NCBI GenBank assembly: GCA_000004695.1
Contig: CM000154.2
Span: 224,001 to 288,000, forward strand
From: Dictyostelium discoideum
Taxonomy: Eukaryota
Direction: 5' to 3'
DNA: 64,000 nucleotides
Shown: positions 63,501 through 64,000 of the stretch, in pieces
Numbering within the stretch: the stretch's first letter is position 1
Layout: each line of letters starts with the position of its first letter
Translations under genes and position numbers: made by a program
The notes under the pieces: generated by a model
Seen by the model: only the letters and a program-made list of their open reading frames with translations
Told to the model about the DNA's origin: nothing
The model's database searches: none

Positions 63501-64000
63501 TGTTGCATTGATTGTATTGTTTTTTGATTTAATTCAGATTCTTTAAATAATTTAACCAAATCCATCTTTTCAACATTTCCACTATCTGCACCACCTAATA
63601 ATAAACTTTTGCTTTCGTCATCACCACCATCTTTTGATGATAATTCAATTTTATCAGTTATCATATATTTTGAAGGTTCAACTGAAACCTCTTGCATAAA
63701 TTCTGCCAATGGTTGGTTTGGTAATGGTGCTAATCCAATCGATGAGAAATAAGGTAATAAATTATTTAATTCTCCAAAGTAAATTAAATTACCACCTTCA
63801 CCTAAAATTAAAATGTCATCGAATAAATTGGTTAATTCAACCGATGGTTGTAATAATGATACCATAACCGATGCTTTTGCCTCTTTGGCAATGGTTTTAA
63901 CTTTTGATATTACATTATAGGATGTTGCTGAATCCAAGCCTGTCGAAGGTTCATCCATTAATATTAAATTTGGTGATCTTTTTGTAAATTCATTAGCAAT
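60599..64000 (-). CDS. Full-size ABC transporter, G subfamily (PDR-type, NBD-TMD-NBD-TMD), 5' partial (continues beyond window end)
   Basis: The window holds the end of NBD1 ([16 protein letters not shown]..., Q/H loop), TMD1 (six helices), NBD2 ([24 protein letters not shown]; ABC signature [31 protein letters not shown]) and TMD2, with stop at 60599. The frame is open to nt 64000. One n at 62552 gives X. Confidence 0.85.
   Translation of the reverse strand: [1133 protein letters not shown]

Overview
This window is an AT-rich (about 78% A+T) nuclear segment from a dictyostelid social amoeba, most consistent with Dictyostelium discoideum. Evidence: poly-Asn/Gln/Thr tracts in proteins, short GT-AG introns with GTAAGT/GTATGT donors, oligo(A/T) intergenic DNA, tRNA genes with downstream ex-B boxes, and TRE5-type retroelements next to tRNA genes. 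It is not prokaryotic, so operon or defence-island readings do not apply. Many ORFs in the six-frame track are single exons of spliced genes; I joined them wherever GT-AG boundaries and reading phases agree. Genes recognised by homology: a 5'-truncated giant coiled-coil protein whose last small exon encodes a tail anchor; 3-methylcrotonyl-CoA carboxylase alpha (mccA); an ankyrin-repeat plus TBC/RabGAP fusion gene; an IucA/IucC-family siderophore-synthetase-like enzyme; RanBP1; MLH1; a TATDN1-like TatD nuclease with a zinc-ribbon tail; an LMBR1-family membrane protein; a BRCT - IPT/TIG - TIR-like - NACHT - TPR STAND NTPase; a FNIP-repeat protein; a cysteine-containing LRR protein; and a 5'-truncated full-size ABCG transporter. 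There are also several signal-peptide, multi-pass or GPI-like membrane proteins. Four tRNA genes are present: Ala-AGC, Met-CAU, Ile-AAU and Gly-GCC. Each is associated with non-LTR (TRE5-A-like) or LTR (Ty3/gypsy, DGLT-A-like) retroelement debris. An assembly gap lies at 60011..60111. The most unusual items are the NACHT/TIR-like/BRCT immune-like architecture, the siderophore-synthetase homolog, and an internally deleted gag-PR-INc LTR element.
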